57,683 nt of DNA, filler included, from Sphacelaria rigidula (GCA_964200075.2; 7 parts of 7 records of this genome joined end to end with filler, not necessarily neighbours in it); one strand, 5' to 3'. Numbered from the whole stretch's first letter, positions 1 through 13,299 are shown. The notes: a model not told the origin generated them from the letters alone. Numbers and translations are program-made.

Positions 1-387
1 CATTTTCCCCCCTTCCCAACGCGACGCTCTGCCAATCACAAAACCCCTTTGGCAAAAAACAAATTATTCTCCCCCCCCCCCCCCACCCTTTTTTTTCATC
101 AAGTGTCATGTCTCCCAGCAGCTCAAAGACAATTGCCTCGCTATGAACTCAGTTATCACATCAGTTTCATCTATCGCACCGATCTCTTGAAAACAGTGTG
201 GATCGACCCTTGAATCGAGTCCCGTGCCGTACCCACAATGCATTCTCGACATGTGAACCGACTTCACTTCGAGAGGTCAGACTGCGTCTGACAACTTTAT
301 TATTATTTTAGGTGTTTAGTTCCCCGCGTGTGGGCGGAAGACAAAGATTGAAGTGTCATGCAATTCCACACTCATGAGCAAGGGGAT

Positions 388-608
388 GATGCATCCAAGG
401 GCATGTCGAGTAGAGTATACTCAATTACGGGATATTTTGAAACACGAACTGGAGGTATCCAAATTAGGATAGAGTGTTTATAGTCGACCCCAAAAACTAA
501 CTGGGAAGCGACCCCTACAACCCTACCCCCAATTTTTGTGCTTCAAGTACGACTTTCAAAATACCCCGCAATTGAGTATACTCTACTCGACCTGCACTTG
601 GATGTATC
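388..608. mobile_element. MITE with ~55-bp (weakly ~78-bp) inverted repeats, possibly Tc1/mariner-type
   Basis: 388-442 gatgcatccaagggcatgtcgagtagagtatactcaattacgggatattttgaaa is the near-exact reverse complement of 554-608. Likely termini CATCCAAG...CTTGGATG, with TA on the right and TG on the left. Confidence 0.8.
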
Positions 609-1089
609 TTTCAGACCCCGCCCCCCCTCCCTCTCCGCCCCACCGTTCTTTTGGCCTTTTAGGAAGTTTCAGACTCTCACCTAAAACTCAGGAAAATAGT
701 ATGGAGGCCTTTGCAAGCAGCATCAGCTACAGTAGTGATGTACAGTACACAATTGGTTAACTGAACTGATATTTTCCTACACCCCACTCATGAGGTGCGG
801 CGCAAATTCCAGGTGACTCCAAACATTGGCCGCCTCAATGGTGTTCTTCAATCCCTACATAAGCTAAATCTTCCTGAAAAGCGGTCAACGCGTACCAATT
901 TTGAAGACTTCACATCCTTGCTCTCAGTCCAGGCACGTATTCTCAAAACTTGGAAACCCGCTTCAATTCCGGAACTTTGACAGCCACATGACTTGAATTT
1001 AGACTATCCCCTCTCTTGGCCGTCCACCAGATTCTAGGCTTTGGAAATTTTTGGATATGGTGACTGGACGGAGGGCATGTCTCACCTCG

Positions 1090-2020
1090 TGTCTAGGCAG
1101 ATTTTTTTTGGTTGAGAAAAAGTGCGGTGGGAAACAAAAAAGACGATTCAATATATCGCCATGCATGTCCACGTCATTGATGTTGAAATGATCACCATCA
1201 GATCGATTTTTTTTTGTCCACCGCACTTTTTAGATCAAGAAATAAATTGTCAAGAAACGGCCTTGTAGCACATTTGTTTTTAGAGCAAAGTGCGGTGGAA
1301 TTGATTCCAGCGAATTCGTTGGTTTTGTGCGAGTTGAGTCGAAGTGAATTTGCCAGCTTTCGACAGAAAAGTGAGTGGAATTCGTAAAGCGGCACTTTAC
1401 AATACTGACTGACTGTCCACGTGTGTCTGGTTCGCACAGTGCGATGTGAAAAATAAGCGGGCAACATGCAGTACAGGCAGCACAGGACTTGAGCACTGTG
1501 CAGTTTTGTACTGCCTGTACAGTCCATGAGCGTGTACACACGTCTGTCACCCACCCTGCCACGCGATTCTGTTGCCGATCCTTACGATCAAAGATGCTCA
1601 AGTTTTCGCTTACAAAACATGAACACATCATGTCAAGAGAATGATCGTGCCAGTTCCCAATTACTGCGGTGTATGTACGATCCCTGTCCTCAACTCGTTT
1701 TCTACAGTATGCTGCAGGGTTGCGGTAGAAGCTGAGGGTCACTTGTGCAGGGTTTGCGTGACTCTGTGAACGGGTGGTATCTGGCGTGGTGGTCAGCAAG
1801 ATAAGAACCAAGCCCCCCTTCATACGTCTTTCGGCCGCATATTTTTGACTGAGAAAGCTACGTTGGTCATAATTTTCCAGTTCCTTCCTTTTCCGCGCGC
1901 GATAAATTATACAAATAGTTTGAAGCCAGCTGAGAATATAAATGTCATGGACCGATCAGATCGAAGTTTTTCTTTCCCGCCGCACTTTCTCCATCGAAAG
2001 AACCTGTGCCAAGACATGCC
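1090..2020. repeat. Cluster of related DNA-transposon/MITE remnants with AAAGTGCGGTGG subterminal motifs
   Basis: The motif occurs at ~1118 (+), ~1218 (-), ~1287 (+), ~1367 (+, variant) and ~1976 (-). 1090-1148 is an imperfect inverted copy of 1960-2017. Termini not resolved. Confidence 0.45.
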
Positions 2021-2949
2021 CCGGAGATGTGTACACCAAACCTTGCTCACCTCCAATTTAGTACTAGGACACCGGCGCAATTATGATTTTGTAATCAAGC
2101 AGTTCACTGAACGAAATGATGGGGTTTTTTTCCTTCCATAAACAATACTTCGGTACTGATTTTCCGGATGTACGTGGGGAAGTGTAACACAACCGGACGG
2201 TGCCATGCTCCAGCCCAAGTGTCTAAAAAAAAGGCAAGAACTCTGGCTTTGTGAAGCTTTTATCGAGACCTGTACACACGTGCGATATTGGGCTTTGCTC
2301 AGGGTGAGCCGAACGGTGGAAATCGAGGCTAAACATCGAATCACTCGGGACAGATGGGGGTGGGGCAAATGGCTGGAACATGGTCGGCAAAACATCACTT
2401 ACTCTGTGCCCCCCTGCTCATTATTAACATCACGAGAGAAAATGGCGCGACCATTCGTGCGAGTATGCTTGCTGTTCCGAACAGTGGGCACCAAAGGGTT
2501 AGCGGCAAGGAGGGGTTTCGGAGCCCCCGCTTGCCAAACAATTCAAAACGCCGAGGTCACGGTCGGTGGTGCACGCCCCGACAGGTTCGGAGATAGTGTA
2601 GTACACTGTAGAGGAGTCAACAGACCCGGCTGGCGCAAGCCATCCACGTTTGCTGCTGCATAAAATACAACGACACACGGTACCTCGCTACATGAACCCC
2701 CCGTTTACGACCTGAAATCGCTCAGTGCTCCGGTACTACAAGTAGTTGACATCGGTCATCGGGCGAGCAATTTGAAAATCCAGATGAACATCCGGCCGTG
2801 TCTGAAACCAGGGTCTTGCGGAAGGGCGCCCAGCTTAGAGCCACGATTACATGTTCTCCAGAGAAACTGAGCACATTATTTTGAAACGCACCAACACCCC
2901 AGACCTGCAGCTGCGTGACCTCAAACACTCATTCATCCACCCAACATAC

Positions 2950-3233
2950 CTAGTTGCTGCAACCTGGCCCGATCCAACGTCACCACCTTCGCCCTGAGGT
3001 GCTCCACCCCCACCTGCGTTGTCGAGTGCTGCACCACCATTGGCTAGACCCGCTCCCCTACCTTGCGCCGCATCGACATCAAAACCGCTGCTTCTACTAA
3101 TCGTTGCGGAATCGTCTGTTTTGGGCTTTTGCAGCGCAGATTGGAGACGGGCAGTAATTGCCGCCGCTGCTGCTGCTACCGCTGCTGTCGGTGTTGTTGT
3201 TGCTGGGGCATTTTGTTGCTCTGGACCAGCCAT
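2950..3233 (-). CDS. Probable first coding exon of an unidentified protein (Ala/Gly-rich N-terminus)
   Basis: ATG at 3233 reads MAGPEQQNAPATTTPTAAVAAAAAAITARLQSALQKPK...GQVAATR. GC-rich, ends at a consensus donor AG|GTATGT (2950/2949). Confidence 0.55.
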
Positions 3234-5223
3234 GATCGGTGGCACAACAGTGCCGTACCGTATCGACTGTACTCGTACGGACGAGGGTGGGTGTCTCGTT
3301 GAAATGATGTGTTCGTTTCTTGCCTCTGTCACAACTGCAGTGCTTATCTCCCTGCCGAATTATCCTGCACGTCCAGTGTAAAGTCGTCGTGGAGATCAAG
3401 TCCACGCCGATTGATTTTGGGAAAGTTCGCTGTATACTTGGACTACTCCATGCCTTCACAGGCCGGCCACTCCTCCTGCTCTCCACTGTTTCTCTCCTCC
3501 TTTTTGTATGTCTCGAGCCATCGCCCCACCTCCACCTCCCCCCCTCCCCCCCAAGGCAAAAGGGGGTACCCCTGCACGAGGAAACCTGCTCAGACCCTTA
3601 GTCAGTTTAATTCTTCACTTTCTATCTACCAGGACAAACATATACTAAACTTTCAGACAGTAGTAGAAGTACATGACACATGAGATATACTTGTGGCACG
3701 TACATCGACTAGTATGTGTATGGTACATTTCAATGTTACATGATTTGTTCACATGTATCGTTCTTATTTGACCCTTCGACCATTACATTTTCAGAGTGTG
3801 CGTTTTCATACAGTTACATTATCCAGGACCAAGTTGTGGTACATATTATTTTCCCCTGTTTTGGTTGTATCGCATTTTGTGAGCCTTAATTTAGGTCATT
3901 TTTTGTTTTGCTAGCCTGTGGCCACGGAAGGCGTCCGCAACAGATGCCCAGCACGAATGTACCGCGAAGATATCGGAAGGGTTTTTAATGTGAAGACAAC
4001 GACGACAACAACAACAACAACAACAACCACAACAACTGCGATGTTTGGTCGCCATAATAATCTTTGAGCCCACAAAACGGCACTACAGTGAATATTGTAC
4101 GAGATGCGCCCTCTAACAACCACTAGATCACGGAAGAAATTACCGACGGAGAGAGACTACGGCAGCTTAACATCACAGTGTAAGATTCGATGCGCTGCAG
4201 CAATCTTCATGCAGCATATATATATATGCAGAAGAAATGAGAAATAGATACTACTTCCGTCTATCAATCGCGGGTTCTGAACACGGGGCGAGTTATGGTA
4301 TACAAAAAAAGGAATTATACGCATCGAGAAACATCGACCTTCGACCTTCGACCGGCGACCGGCGACCGGCATCGACGCCGACACACCGAAAATTCACCAC
4401 TTCTGGAGCACACAATCTGTTCCTATCCTCTATCGCAATCGGCATGAATGCTGCTGGCTTCTGGAGACAACGCATCCTCCGATCGTCTTTTGTTGTGGGC
4501 TACAGGTACTGAGTACCCCATCTGTTTTCCACTTTCCAGGTCCAGAAAGGGATACACTGGTATCGAGGCCGGCAGCCGCTGTTGTTACTGTTGCTGTTAC
4601 TGTTACTGCTAGTGATGCTTTTTTTGAACGTGTAAGGGGGACAACCGCTTCACGCGTGTTCAGCCAATGAGGTCTGATGACAATGCGAATTTCTGTACTG
4701 TAAGTCGATAGTCGGTCCCAGGTGCTCCAACTTCAATTTCTCCACCGGCGCGTATTGAAGGACCCGCCATTGCCGAATAAATCACATGCGCTTGGGCAAA
4801 CCATCTCGCCGGCGAATCTTTCCCCGCACTGGCCTCATATGGATGGGTTTCCCTTCACCATCACCGACGGGGTCTGCCTTTTGTCAGTTGGGTAATGGAG
4901 CAGGAATAGTATGAACGGATACTGGTTATGGACAGCATGACGGAGCATCAACGGTATGAGCGAGCTGGATATGGGATCAAAACAATTGGCCCGCCGCGGG
5001 CCAAAAGCGGGCCAACGCGGGGTATCCAGGCATTTTGCTCTGTATGAACACCCACGCCATGATTCGATTGTCAATTTTTACTCAAACGGCGCCGCTAAGT
5101 CGTGGGGAGGATTGTATTTGACGGTTTTTACTTCCTCGCGATGTTCCGTCCAAATTGACGGGGACGGAATTTTAGAAAGCCACGACTTTCAAAAACTTGA
5201 CGCATTTTCTTTTGTCCCGCTTC

Positions 5224-5512
5224 AGCGCTCCGTTGGTCGAATCGTCGACTGAAGGACTTCGATCGGAAGAACGAGGGTTCGATTCCCGGCGAGTGCTTTT
5301 GGTTCCTTTCTGGGGATTTTTCTTATTTCGCCGTTGAAAACACGGGAGCGCGAGAAGGAAAATAGTTTTCTTTACTACAGTCGACGCGGTTCGGGAGTGC
5401 TGATTCGATCCTCAGTACCAAATGCAAGGTGTCTACCGGAGGAGAGATGGGTCGATCCCTTGAGCCCACGGACTTGTCCCGAGGAAGGGGAGGGGTGAAA
5501 AGTGTGCCCAAC
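5224..5512 (+). mobile_element. tRNA-derived SINE (core family)
   Basis: 74-nt tRNA-like head 5224-5297 (acceptor stem AGCGCTC/GAGTGCT, B box GGTTCGATTCC). It is followed by the core GTCGACGCG...GGGTCGATCCCTTGAG.CCACGGACT.GTCCCGAGGAAGGGG that recurs across the window. Confidence 0.75.
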
Positions 5513-6075
5513 GAATCTCCGCGATTATTGCATTCAACGGCGGAGGGTGTTGGCATGCCAAGGTTTTGGTGTATATGTTTTGGTTTTAGTACGTGTATAC
5601 GAGGTTCTCCGATGCGCGCTCGGGGCTTGCGTACGGTAGTGGTGGCTGCGGGAGTGCTGCTAGATGTTGAATGACCGCGCAGGGGCCGAGGGAGATATGG
5701 GTCGATACCTCAAGACTGCCGTACACATTCGTATCTCAAAGAATATATGACAACCGCAGATATATCTATAGATTGGTCCTTCCGGATGCTTCATCAGATC
5801 AAAGATTTAAATCAAAACGCAACGTCTCGCCCTTTCAAGCCACTTCACACATGTGATGTGTCCCGCCGTATTACTAAAATACGAGTATATCCCACCTTGA
5901 GCCCAACCACGAAATACACATTCAAGTTTTGCCGGGGGGACAATCCTCAACCTTCGGTTAAGGCCATCGCAGACCTCTCTCTCCCTACCAGGCAAAAAAA
6001 CAAACCTAATATCACTTGATGTATTAATTTTGTTCGTGTAATTTCTCGTATTCATACTTGATCGTGTTTCAAAAG

Positions 6076-6258
6076 GCCGGTACAGCTCGGAAAGAGGAGG
6101 ATGATGTCGTCGTCTCCAGCAGCTTCCGGAAGTGAGGGCACCAGCGAAGGAGGCTCCGGCGTGTTTGGAAATGCCTCCAGGAGCACGGCCGCCAGCGGAG
6201 CTATCGTGTACGAGGGCGAGCGCGCCGTCCAGGAGTACCTTCAATTTCACTACGGAAG
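6076..6258 (+). CDS. Exon encoding the start of an OvoA C-terminal-type (mercaptohistidine N-methyltransferase-like) SAM methyltransferase domain
   Basis: Not in the ORF track. From ATG 6101: MMSSSPAASGSEGTSEGGSGVFGNASRSTAASGAIVYEGERAVQEYLQFHYG, then donor AG|GT at 6258/6259; possible acceptor at 6075. YE...V.EYL.FHYG matches the motif I recognise at the start of this methyltransferase family. Later exons not found. Confidence 0.65.
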
Positions 6259-6989
6259 GTACCTGGATGCCCGCTAGGGCGCGTATTATCGGTTCTTCAC
6301 GCAGCACCTGGCCAGCAGCTAACGTCTAACTTTCGGTTCGAAGTGTGCTTTCTGTCTGTTTTTTCTGCCAAATATCTCAAGCGTGTTTGTGTCGGCAGTG
6401 CGTCACTCACTCGAAGTCTCCGTTCTTCAGTTATTGGCGGAAAGTCCGGCGAAACTCCCGTCGGAGAGACCTTTCCCAATCGATGATCGGCCCGTTCTTC
6501 AAGGCGACGGGACTGTCGAAAGACGCGCCCATGGTCGGATTAGAGGCTCGGGCGCGTATCGAGTATATGCAGGATTGTGTGAAACGGTTCATACATGATG
6601 AACATCGGGTACATACTACTTCTGGTATAAGTTAAGAAGTGAAAACCAATGCCATCCGGTTGTCGTCTGAAACTAAAGTACAGAAGATTCCGGGGGTGAC
6701 TCGCAAAATATCGTCTAACGAGTTTTTAAACAGATAATCTTGGCTCACCTTACGTGCATCGTTAGTCAACTTCATCGTATCTTGAGTCCATTTTGTCGCG
6801 TCTTGTGACAGCTTTCAGTTTTCAGATTTATTTTACTTATATAGGTATGCATATTGACCAAATGGCATGCAATAAAGAAATCACCACTCCCGAAGATATC
6901 GATACAAGTGTACGGGTGTTGGGATGATTTTCTGCATACAGTACACACACTGCCATTACCACAATTATTTTAAATCTGCCAATACTCTC

Positions 6990-7400
6990 AACGTATGCTG
7001 GGGTGACAATGCGTACCACCATACCGTCAAGCAGTAAGGTTTGCCTCGCACGTTTAGCTCTTCAAGCTACTGCGAAACTCCCCAGTATTGTGAGGCCCGG
7101 TCGTCCGAACGTAACACGTCACAATCCTATCCATGTCAATGTAAAAACTCCGTTAGCGTCTGATGTTCGCCGATATGACATCCGATTGCGGGTAACCCAG
7201 AACAACTTGACTCTATCCGGCGCTCACCGCATGGTGGTCGTTCATAACTTTGATGAAACCGGTTCTGTAACTCCGAACGATTGCTGTTGGTCCTATCGTG
7301 CGAGTGCAATAGATAGTACGACGCACTTCTACACCGCTATCTCCCCTATTATGTTCACACCACTGACTGTGTTGATGTCGCCGCTACCACGCTTGCTATC
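6990..7400 (-). mobile_element. Possible highly decayed Copia-like integrase remnant
   Basis: The minus strand gives DCDVLRSDD...LEELNV, resembling the rve IRSDNG.EF...L.ELGI stretch, amid stops and frameshifts. Confidence 0.3.
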
Positions 7401-7569
7401 TCGAAACTAGATCAAGCTTCCTGCGTGGTTCCTGGGTAAGCAGGCGCCGGCTATCAAATAGCAATAACCGTGGAGTGCGCACAGACATCCTGGATTCTCA
7501 GCTGGTGCTGTATTCCCGCCGCGCCTTGTTAAACTAGCGGTACAAGTGTGACACCATCAGTTGAGAAAG

Positions 7570-7955
7570 TGTGGCGTTTCATTCACGCCAGATGCGCTTT
7601 TGTTTGGATTTTCCTACGATACATCTGACTGTCATGTTTGAAACGGTGATGACGTGGCTAGCGAAAAAAACTGTTAGGCAAGAGTCGACGCGATGCAGGA
7701 GTGCTGATGCAGTCCGCGATCATACCAAAATGTAAGGCGTGTGCCTTACCGGTGGAGAGCTGGGTTGATCGATCCCTTGAGATCACAGACTCGTCCCGGG
7801 GGGGGGCGGGGGGGGGGGCGTACTCATTTGTTGCTTACCTTAGTCGTTTGACCATTGACTACACATCCCTTTCGAGACGGAGCACCGCTCCTACTCCTAA
7901 TAGAGCCACCTCCAACATTCGGGCGCTCATTGCGTTTCTTCCATACATTGCACAA
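7570..7955 (+). mobile_element. SINE, core family with long 3' tail variant
   Basis: Core (GTCGACGCG at 7684; GATCCCTTGAGATCACAGACTCGTCCCG at ~7771), then a G-run, then the tail GTACTCATTTGTTGCTT...TTTGACCATTGAC...CCTACTCCTAATAGAG. The same tail is at 16335-16412 (+), 22830-22940 (-) and 40680-40810 (-). Confidence 0.75.
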
Positions 7956-8156
7956 AAAGTTTTACATCTCTCATCCCCGTCCTGTTCCGCCGTCTGTGTC
8001 CACCATCTATCTCCTAATATAGCCATCGTTTTATCCCTACTCTCTGATGCATCAAACGATTCCATGCTATCTTCGTTCACGTCCCGCATTCCTCCCTCTA
8101 GCACGTCCCGTTCCTCCTTGTATAGTTCACATTCGGGGGGGTGGCGTACTCATTTG

Positions 8157-8256
8157 NNNNNNNNNNNNNNNNNNNNNNNNNNNNNNNNNNNNNNNNNNNN
8201 TTAATTAATTAANNNNNNNNNNNNNNNNNNNNNNNNNNNNNNNNNNNNNNNNNNNN
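8157..8256. other. Artificial contig spacer (also 16413-16512, 24668-24767, 32923-33022, 41177-41276, 49431-49530)
   Basis: Six identical N44-TTAATTAATTAA-N44 blocks that put stop codons in all six frames. Confidence 0.98.
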
Positions 8257-8443
8257 GAGGTCAATGGTCTTATGACTATGGCATGCATGATCATGAGTAC
8301 ATCCCCCTTTGATGACGTTATGTCATTGTCCAATTAGTCACCCAGATATCGTATTTTGACCTGTCCCTGAGCATGCACACCTCATCCCTCACGCCGACTT
8401 TCTTCGACAAATATACTACCCCCCCGACGGAGTTTATTATTAC

Positions 8444-8623
8444 CTCTTGTTCCACTTCGGTGTCCGTTTCGCTGGAGCCGGTGCTGTAACTGTCATCATC
8501 ATCGCTCTCCAGCTCTTCTCCGCCGGAGGGAAAGTTTTCCCCCCACGCGCGTCCGCCTGCTTCGTACGCCGACGAATCGGGGCTCACGGCGAGCAGGCGT
8601 CCGCTGGCGGGGGCTCGTCCAGA
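8444..8623 (-). CDS. Internal exon, acidic/Ser-rich disordered region of an unidentified protein
   Basis: Acceptor aacaacAG, then 180 nt open in phase 0 (SGRAPASG...GGEELESDDDDSYSTGSSETDTEVEQE), then donor GAG|GTAAT. Confidence 0.65.
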
Positions 8624-9354
8624 CTGTTGTTGTTTTTGCGCGCGATGTACTTTTTATTTTATGGGGTTGCCGTAGCCGGGGCTCACAAAAGCACTAGGGA
8701 ATCTCCGTGGAGCAGTTCACCGTGCTGACCGTCTACCGTGCATATCGGGGTAATGTATTGCATCGTGTAATTGAACGACTTCTGACAGTAGCAGAAACAG
8801 AAATGGCTTTTGGGGGTTGCGAAGACGTGAACTTCTGCTATCAGTAACTGCACATCAAATGGAGAATAAGGACTTGTGTCGCAAGCCTATCCGAATCCAC
8901 TGAAAAGGACGCGTCTGAGGCAAGAAATGATTATTTCCAACATAAGTTGACATTGTATATCTACGCCTGTACCACGGGGTTGACAGACAAAATTCACCAG
9001 ATTAGAAGTGGACGACAGTAGTCAACAGTAAAATACAATGGAATCGTCCGACAGCAATTACAAGCATAAAGACCGAACAAAATGACATGAACAGCGACAA
9101 CAACTGAGATAGACAAATATTGACACCGCGAAAGAATCCTGACTCAAACGTACACGAACGGTCATCTCGGGCGATACGATTCTTCTTGCTCTTTTCTTCA
9201 CTCCCCATGCTCTTCACACAGCAAAAAGGATGGAACATGCTTATGCGTATCACACTCCTCTACGTCTCCACTACCAACACCACCACCGCCGCCGCCACCG
9301 CTATCTTGTTATTTTTTCCGATGCAAGAGGTACTTAGGGTGCGGTAAGAGGACA

Positions 9355-9532
9355 GACACGGGTACGAGTTCAGATATAGATACGGGTATGGGCATGGGGA
9401 CGGGTATGGGATCACATGTGGGTACGGACACCGTTACGCGCACGCATACGCATATGCATACGTATACGCATACAGATATTGATACGGATGTGGATACGGA
9501 TATTGATACGGGTACGGGTACGGGTACGGGGT
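9355..9532. repeat. Degenerate hexamer tandem repeat (GGTACG/GATACG/CATACG)n
   Basis: Six-base periodicity is directly visible and explains the RIRIRI/RVRVRV ORF. Confidence 0.8.
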
Positions 9533-10571
9533 GTGTGTCAGTACTCTAGGTACTCTACATTGCTCTGTGTCTTCGGGGATCAGTACCCCAGCTACCGTAC
9601 CGTAGAATTTTTATCTTGATTCATTGCTTGATACCCCAGACATCCTGGGAGTACCCGGTATCGCGAATACCTTACAAATCGAGAGTACCCTAAGAATGCG
9701 GTACTCCCTCCTAGCTACGCTTGAAAACACGTATATCGTCGATTCTTTCTGCATATAGGGTACAGTATGTATTTCGTTCCACTCGTTCGTGTATTCATAC
9801 AAGACTGCAATTATACACATCAGCAGTGTGTATATACTTTGTGTCCTCTCACCTCTCCATCAACTCGCCCGAACGCATCCCTGGCGTTTCCTGCGGATTT
9901 CTCCTTCCGCAGAAGGTACTGAGACACCAGCAAACACACCGTGATGCCGAGAAACACGCACCTGACGTCTCCGTTTATTTTTCGAAGAGAGTCGAAGCGG
10001 TCAGAGACACACCGCTCACGACGAGCAATAAAAGACGGGCACATGCATGGTACCGTATGTGGGTGCAGCGCTGCAGTAGCCAGTCGGACAACGGAAACTA
10101 ATTAATCCTTGGTAGACAGGTCTTTTTTCGATGTACACGAGTTGGAGAGTTCTAGCGCGATGGCTCTTCGGCGGAGGTACATGCTACGCGGCGCAGTGCC
10201 TCGTGGTGACGGGAGGCGTTCAGAACAGCCGTGACATACAACAACAACAACAACAACAACAACAAGAGAACATCGCCAATTCCACGGCCTGGAAGAATGT
10301 ACATGCTCACCAAATATCGGTGAGGGTCTGGACCGTGGTAATCGCAAGGAGAAGCATGCGGATGCTATGCCTCTCCGAGTAGTCTCTATCCTCGCTCCAA
10401 GCCCACCCTAGCCCCACCCACAGCCAAAACCCCACCAACAAATCAAAGATCTTGATATATGCGCAGAGCATGATATAGTCCCATTCCAGAATCACCTGTC
10501 AGTACGCGGCGGGGGGGGAGGTGGGGGGTGTACACATGATTCTGCATGTCATAGTCATAAGGCTATTCATC

Positions 10572-10950
10572 TCGCATCCTTGCAAAGCCGGGACGGAGCA
10601 CGCTGCGTTATCGCCGGACAAGGCTCGCACGCAATCAACAAGCGCCAAGTGCTGTGATGTGCTCGGCGAGTCGCATGAAGGGTGAGTTGCACCCTACTAA
10701 GACTGTCCGATCCGAAGCGTAATGGTAATCTTGCATATGGATGACGCAGAATATGATCTAGCTCGACCACCATCATAGCTACCGCAAAAAAAAACGCAAG
10801 CGCGCAAAAAAATCAGTAACCTGGTAGCCTAGCTGACGCAGTGAGTGGCATGTTTTACAGCGTCATCGCTAACCGACGCCAACCCTATAGGGGGTCCGCC
10901 CCTACAAAGCCGGGATATAGCACGCCGGGTTTTCGCCGGACCAGGCTACT
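10572..10950 (-). repeat. Interspersed repeat family shared with 22610-22760
   Basis: The reverse complement of 10572-10716 aligns to 22610-22760. The sub-block AGCCTGGTCCGGCGAAAACCC.GCGTGCT...GGCTTTGTAGGG recurs at 10898-10948. Confidence 0.75.
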
Positions 10951-11599
10951 ATGGGGAAGGGGGGGGGGGGGAGGGGGTCACCCGTGCATCCCGGTGGTGA
11001 AAGTGATACCACTGATTTACCGATCAGTTTGGGCGGTCTAGAAGCAGTGCGTTCTAGTCCGGACGGCATTAGCTGGTGTTTCACCCGGACGGAATGCGCG
11101 AGGGCGTGAGTTGACAAAAAACACCCCGTGACTCCGAAACGAGTACACACGCGTACTCCGCGGTAGCGATGGTGCGAGTTCTATTTTTTGCCCACAGGCT
11201 GATTGATTCGCGTATGAACTGTGCGGAGTACACAGAAAATCAAGTATTTCAGTGTTTCGCGGTCAGCCGGAGTGGTGTTCACGACTGGGAATAGTAATAG
11301 TACAGGGAAACTCGAGAAGAGAACTTATTGAGAACTGATCCCACGAATATTGTGCTATGCTGCCGACCTCTACAACCAAGTGGGTTATGCTGCCTAGCTT
11401 GATCAGGGCTGAAGAACAACCAGCGATTCGATTGCTCGAACCGCTCAGAGCTGAACACTCAGACCTGCGTACGTACGAAGCTTGAATCAGCTGAAAAGAC
11501 TCCCCAAGGCTTTTCTGGTGCGTGCAGAACTGTATCCTGGACTACACCCGCCCCTGCAGGTAGATCGGTTATATCTACGCTGGATTCTCCACTTTGTCT

Positions 11600-12090
11600 T
11601 TTCCTCACACTTCCAACCCCTCCCCTTCCTCGGGACGAGTCCGTGGTCTCAAGGGATGAACACATCTTTCCCGGGGATTGCGTCGAAGTTTCCTCTCATG
11701 TTACCGGTCGCATGATCGCTTCTCCGGATTTCGCGGATTTGTCGAGCGCGCGTGCCTTGTACTTATCCTAGAAAACAAGAAATATATGTTTAGATGTATG
11801 AGCGTTTGTTTAGGATCAACTTTCTCGCTCTTGCCTTTTTTTGTTTTTTGGCACACCTTCAACCCTTGTCCTTCCTAGGGACGACTTCGTGATCCCAAGG
11901 GATCAACTCATCTCTCCCCCAGTACACGCCTTGCAATCTGGTGTGGCCGATTGGATCATGACCAGCACTCCCACGCCACGTCGGCTCTCGTCAAGTAAAC
12001 TTCCTTAATTTCCTTTTGCTACTCACGTACGTCCCCACGTTTTAAAAAAAATCCTTGAAAAGACAAAAGGCATCTGCCGCGCGGTGTCTG
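11600..12090 (-). mobile_element. Two SINE core-family copies (~11600-11680 and ~11860-12090)
   Basis: Reverse-strand cores CCCTTCCTCGGGACGAGTCCGTGGTCTCAAGGGAT (11624) and CCTTCCTAGGGACGACTTCGTGATCCCAAGGGATC (11870). Confidence 0.7.
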
Positions 12091-13299
12091 GTGGACCAAT
12101 CGAACTAAATACCGGGGCTCAACAGTATTTCAAGGATACCCTCTTTCTTTGGGCTGTTGTGTTGGCAAAAACAAATCCCTAGTCGTCAGTTCTGAATTTC
12201 CCGTAAATGCCTCAGCTACTATTCAATAGTCATGATCTGATCCGAGGAAGGGGAGGAGTTCAAAGTGTGACAGAAAGATACGAGTAAGAGGGCCCAATTC
12301 CCTACCAATGCACTGGTGATGCCGAATGATACTGGGAAGCTTACATTGATATCTAAATACGTGAAAAATGAAGAAGTCTCGATACTCGATACCTCTCAAC
12401 TTCTGCTGCTTAATATTTGTCCATTACAGCTGTCATCAGTCCATTGGGGTCCCGGATGACGACTTCGACACACAAATGAGGAATAAAGAATTCACAGATG
12501 AAGGTTATGTCTTGTTCACGAACACTCGCAAGTAACGATGGCGATCTTTTTTATTTTTTTATTACTTGTATGTGATGTTTTGTTGATCCTTGACATCTCA
12601 TGGTTTTCTCTTTTTAAAAACACGGCGCAAACGGAGGCCGAGTTTCCGAAGCGTCGTGTGCGTGCTTTGGCAGAACGTTTCGTTTTTGTGGCGATCGAAT
12701 TTTACGTGCTCTCGATGCCGCAAAATATTTTCTGCCGTACTACGCGAATTTTCCACACTATCTTGTTTCCGGTGACCGAATTCACTCTGTGGCTGTCACG
12801 TGTTTTGTCGAGAACTGGAGATACGATGAGCTGCTTCCTGTGTCCAATCAATCGATTACCGTGATGAATGTAGGCACTTTTAAGCACTTCAAAGCACCAC
12901 ACCAATTTATACGCACTGCAGCATTCGTTTGCCGGGAATTCCCGTAGCAGTGCAAGTACACAGTATCGAAAAGGAGACTACGGTTTTCGCTGTCGCAGTA
13001 ATTCTACTCCTGGAGTAGAGAATAATCAAACAAAACATCGCGATGACTTTAACCTGGGTAAGGCTCTCACGTCTTGACAAAGAACTACCACACTATATGG
13101 TATAGCTAAAAAAAAAAATCGAAACGTTGCTATTCTAAACGGCTAATCAGAGGATGACTGTACGCGGAGGTCCACCTGCTGCAGAAATGCATGAGCCAGG
13201 CATTAGCTTCCCGCATGATGTTCCTGCATTAATCCAGAATCTACATTTCGTGAAAAAGCCTGGTATGAAACACACATAATATATGTTTGTTTTTCGTTA

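Noticed and set aside
5224..5297. Functional tRNA genes (also 24768-24839, 31570-31648, 36575-36654)
   Set aside because: Anticodon and D arms do not pair properly, and where downstream sequence is present it continues into a SINE body.
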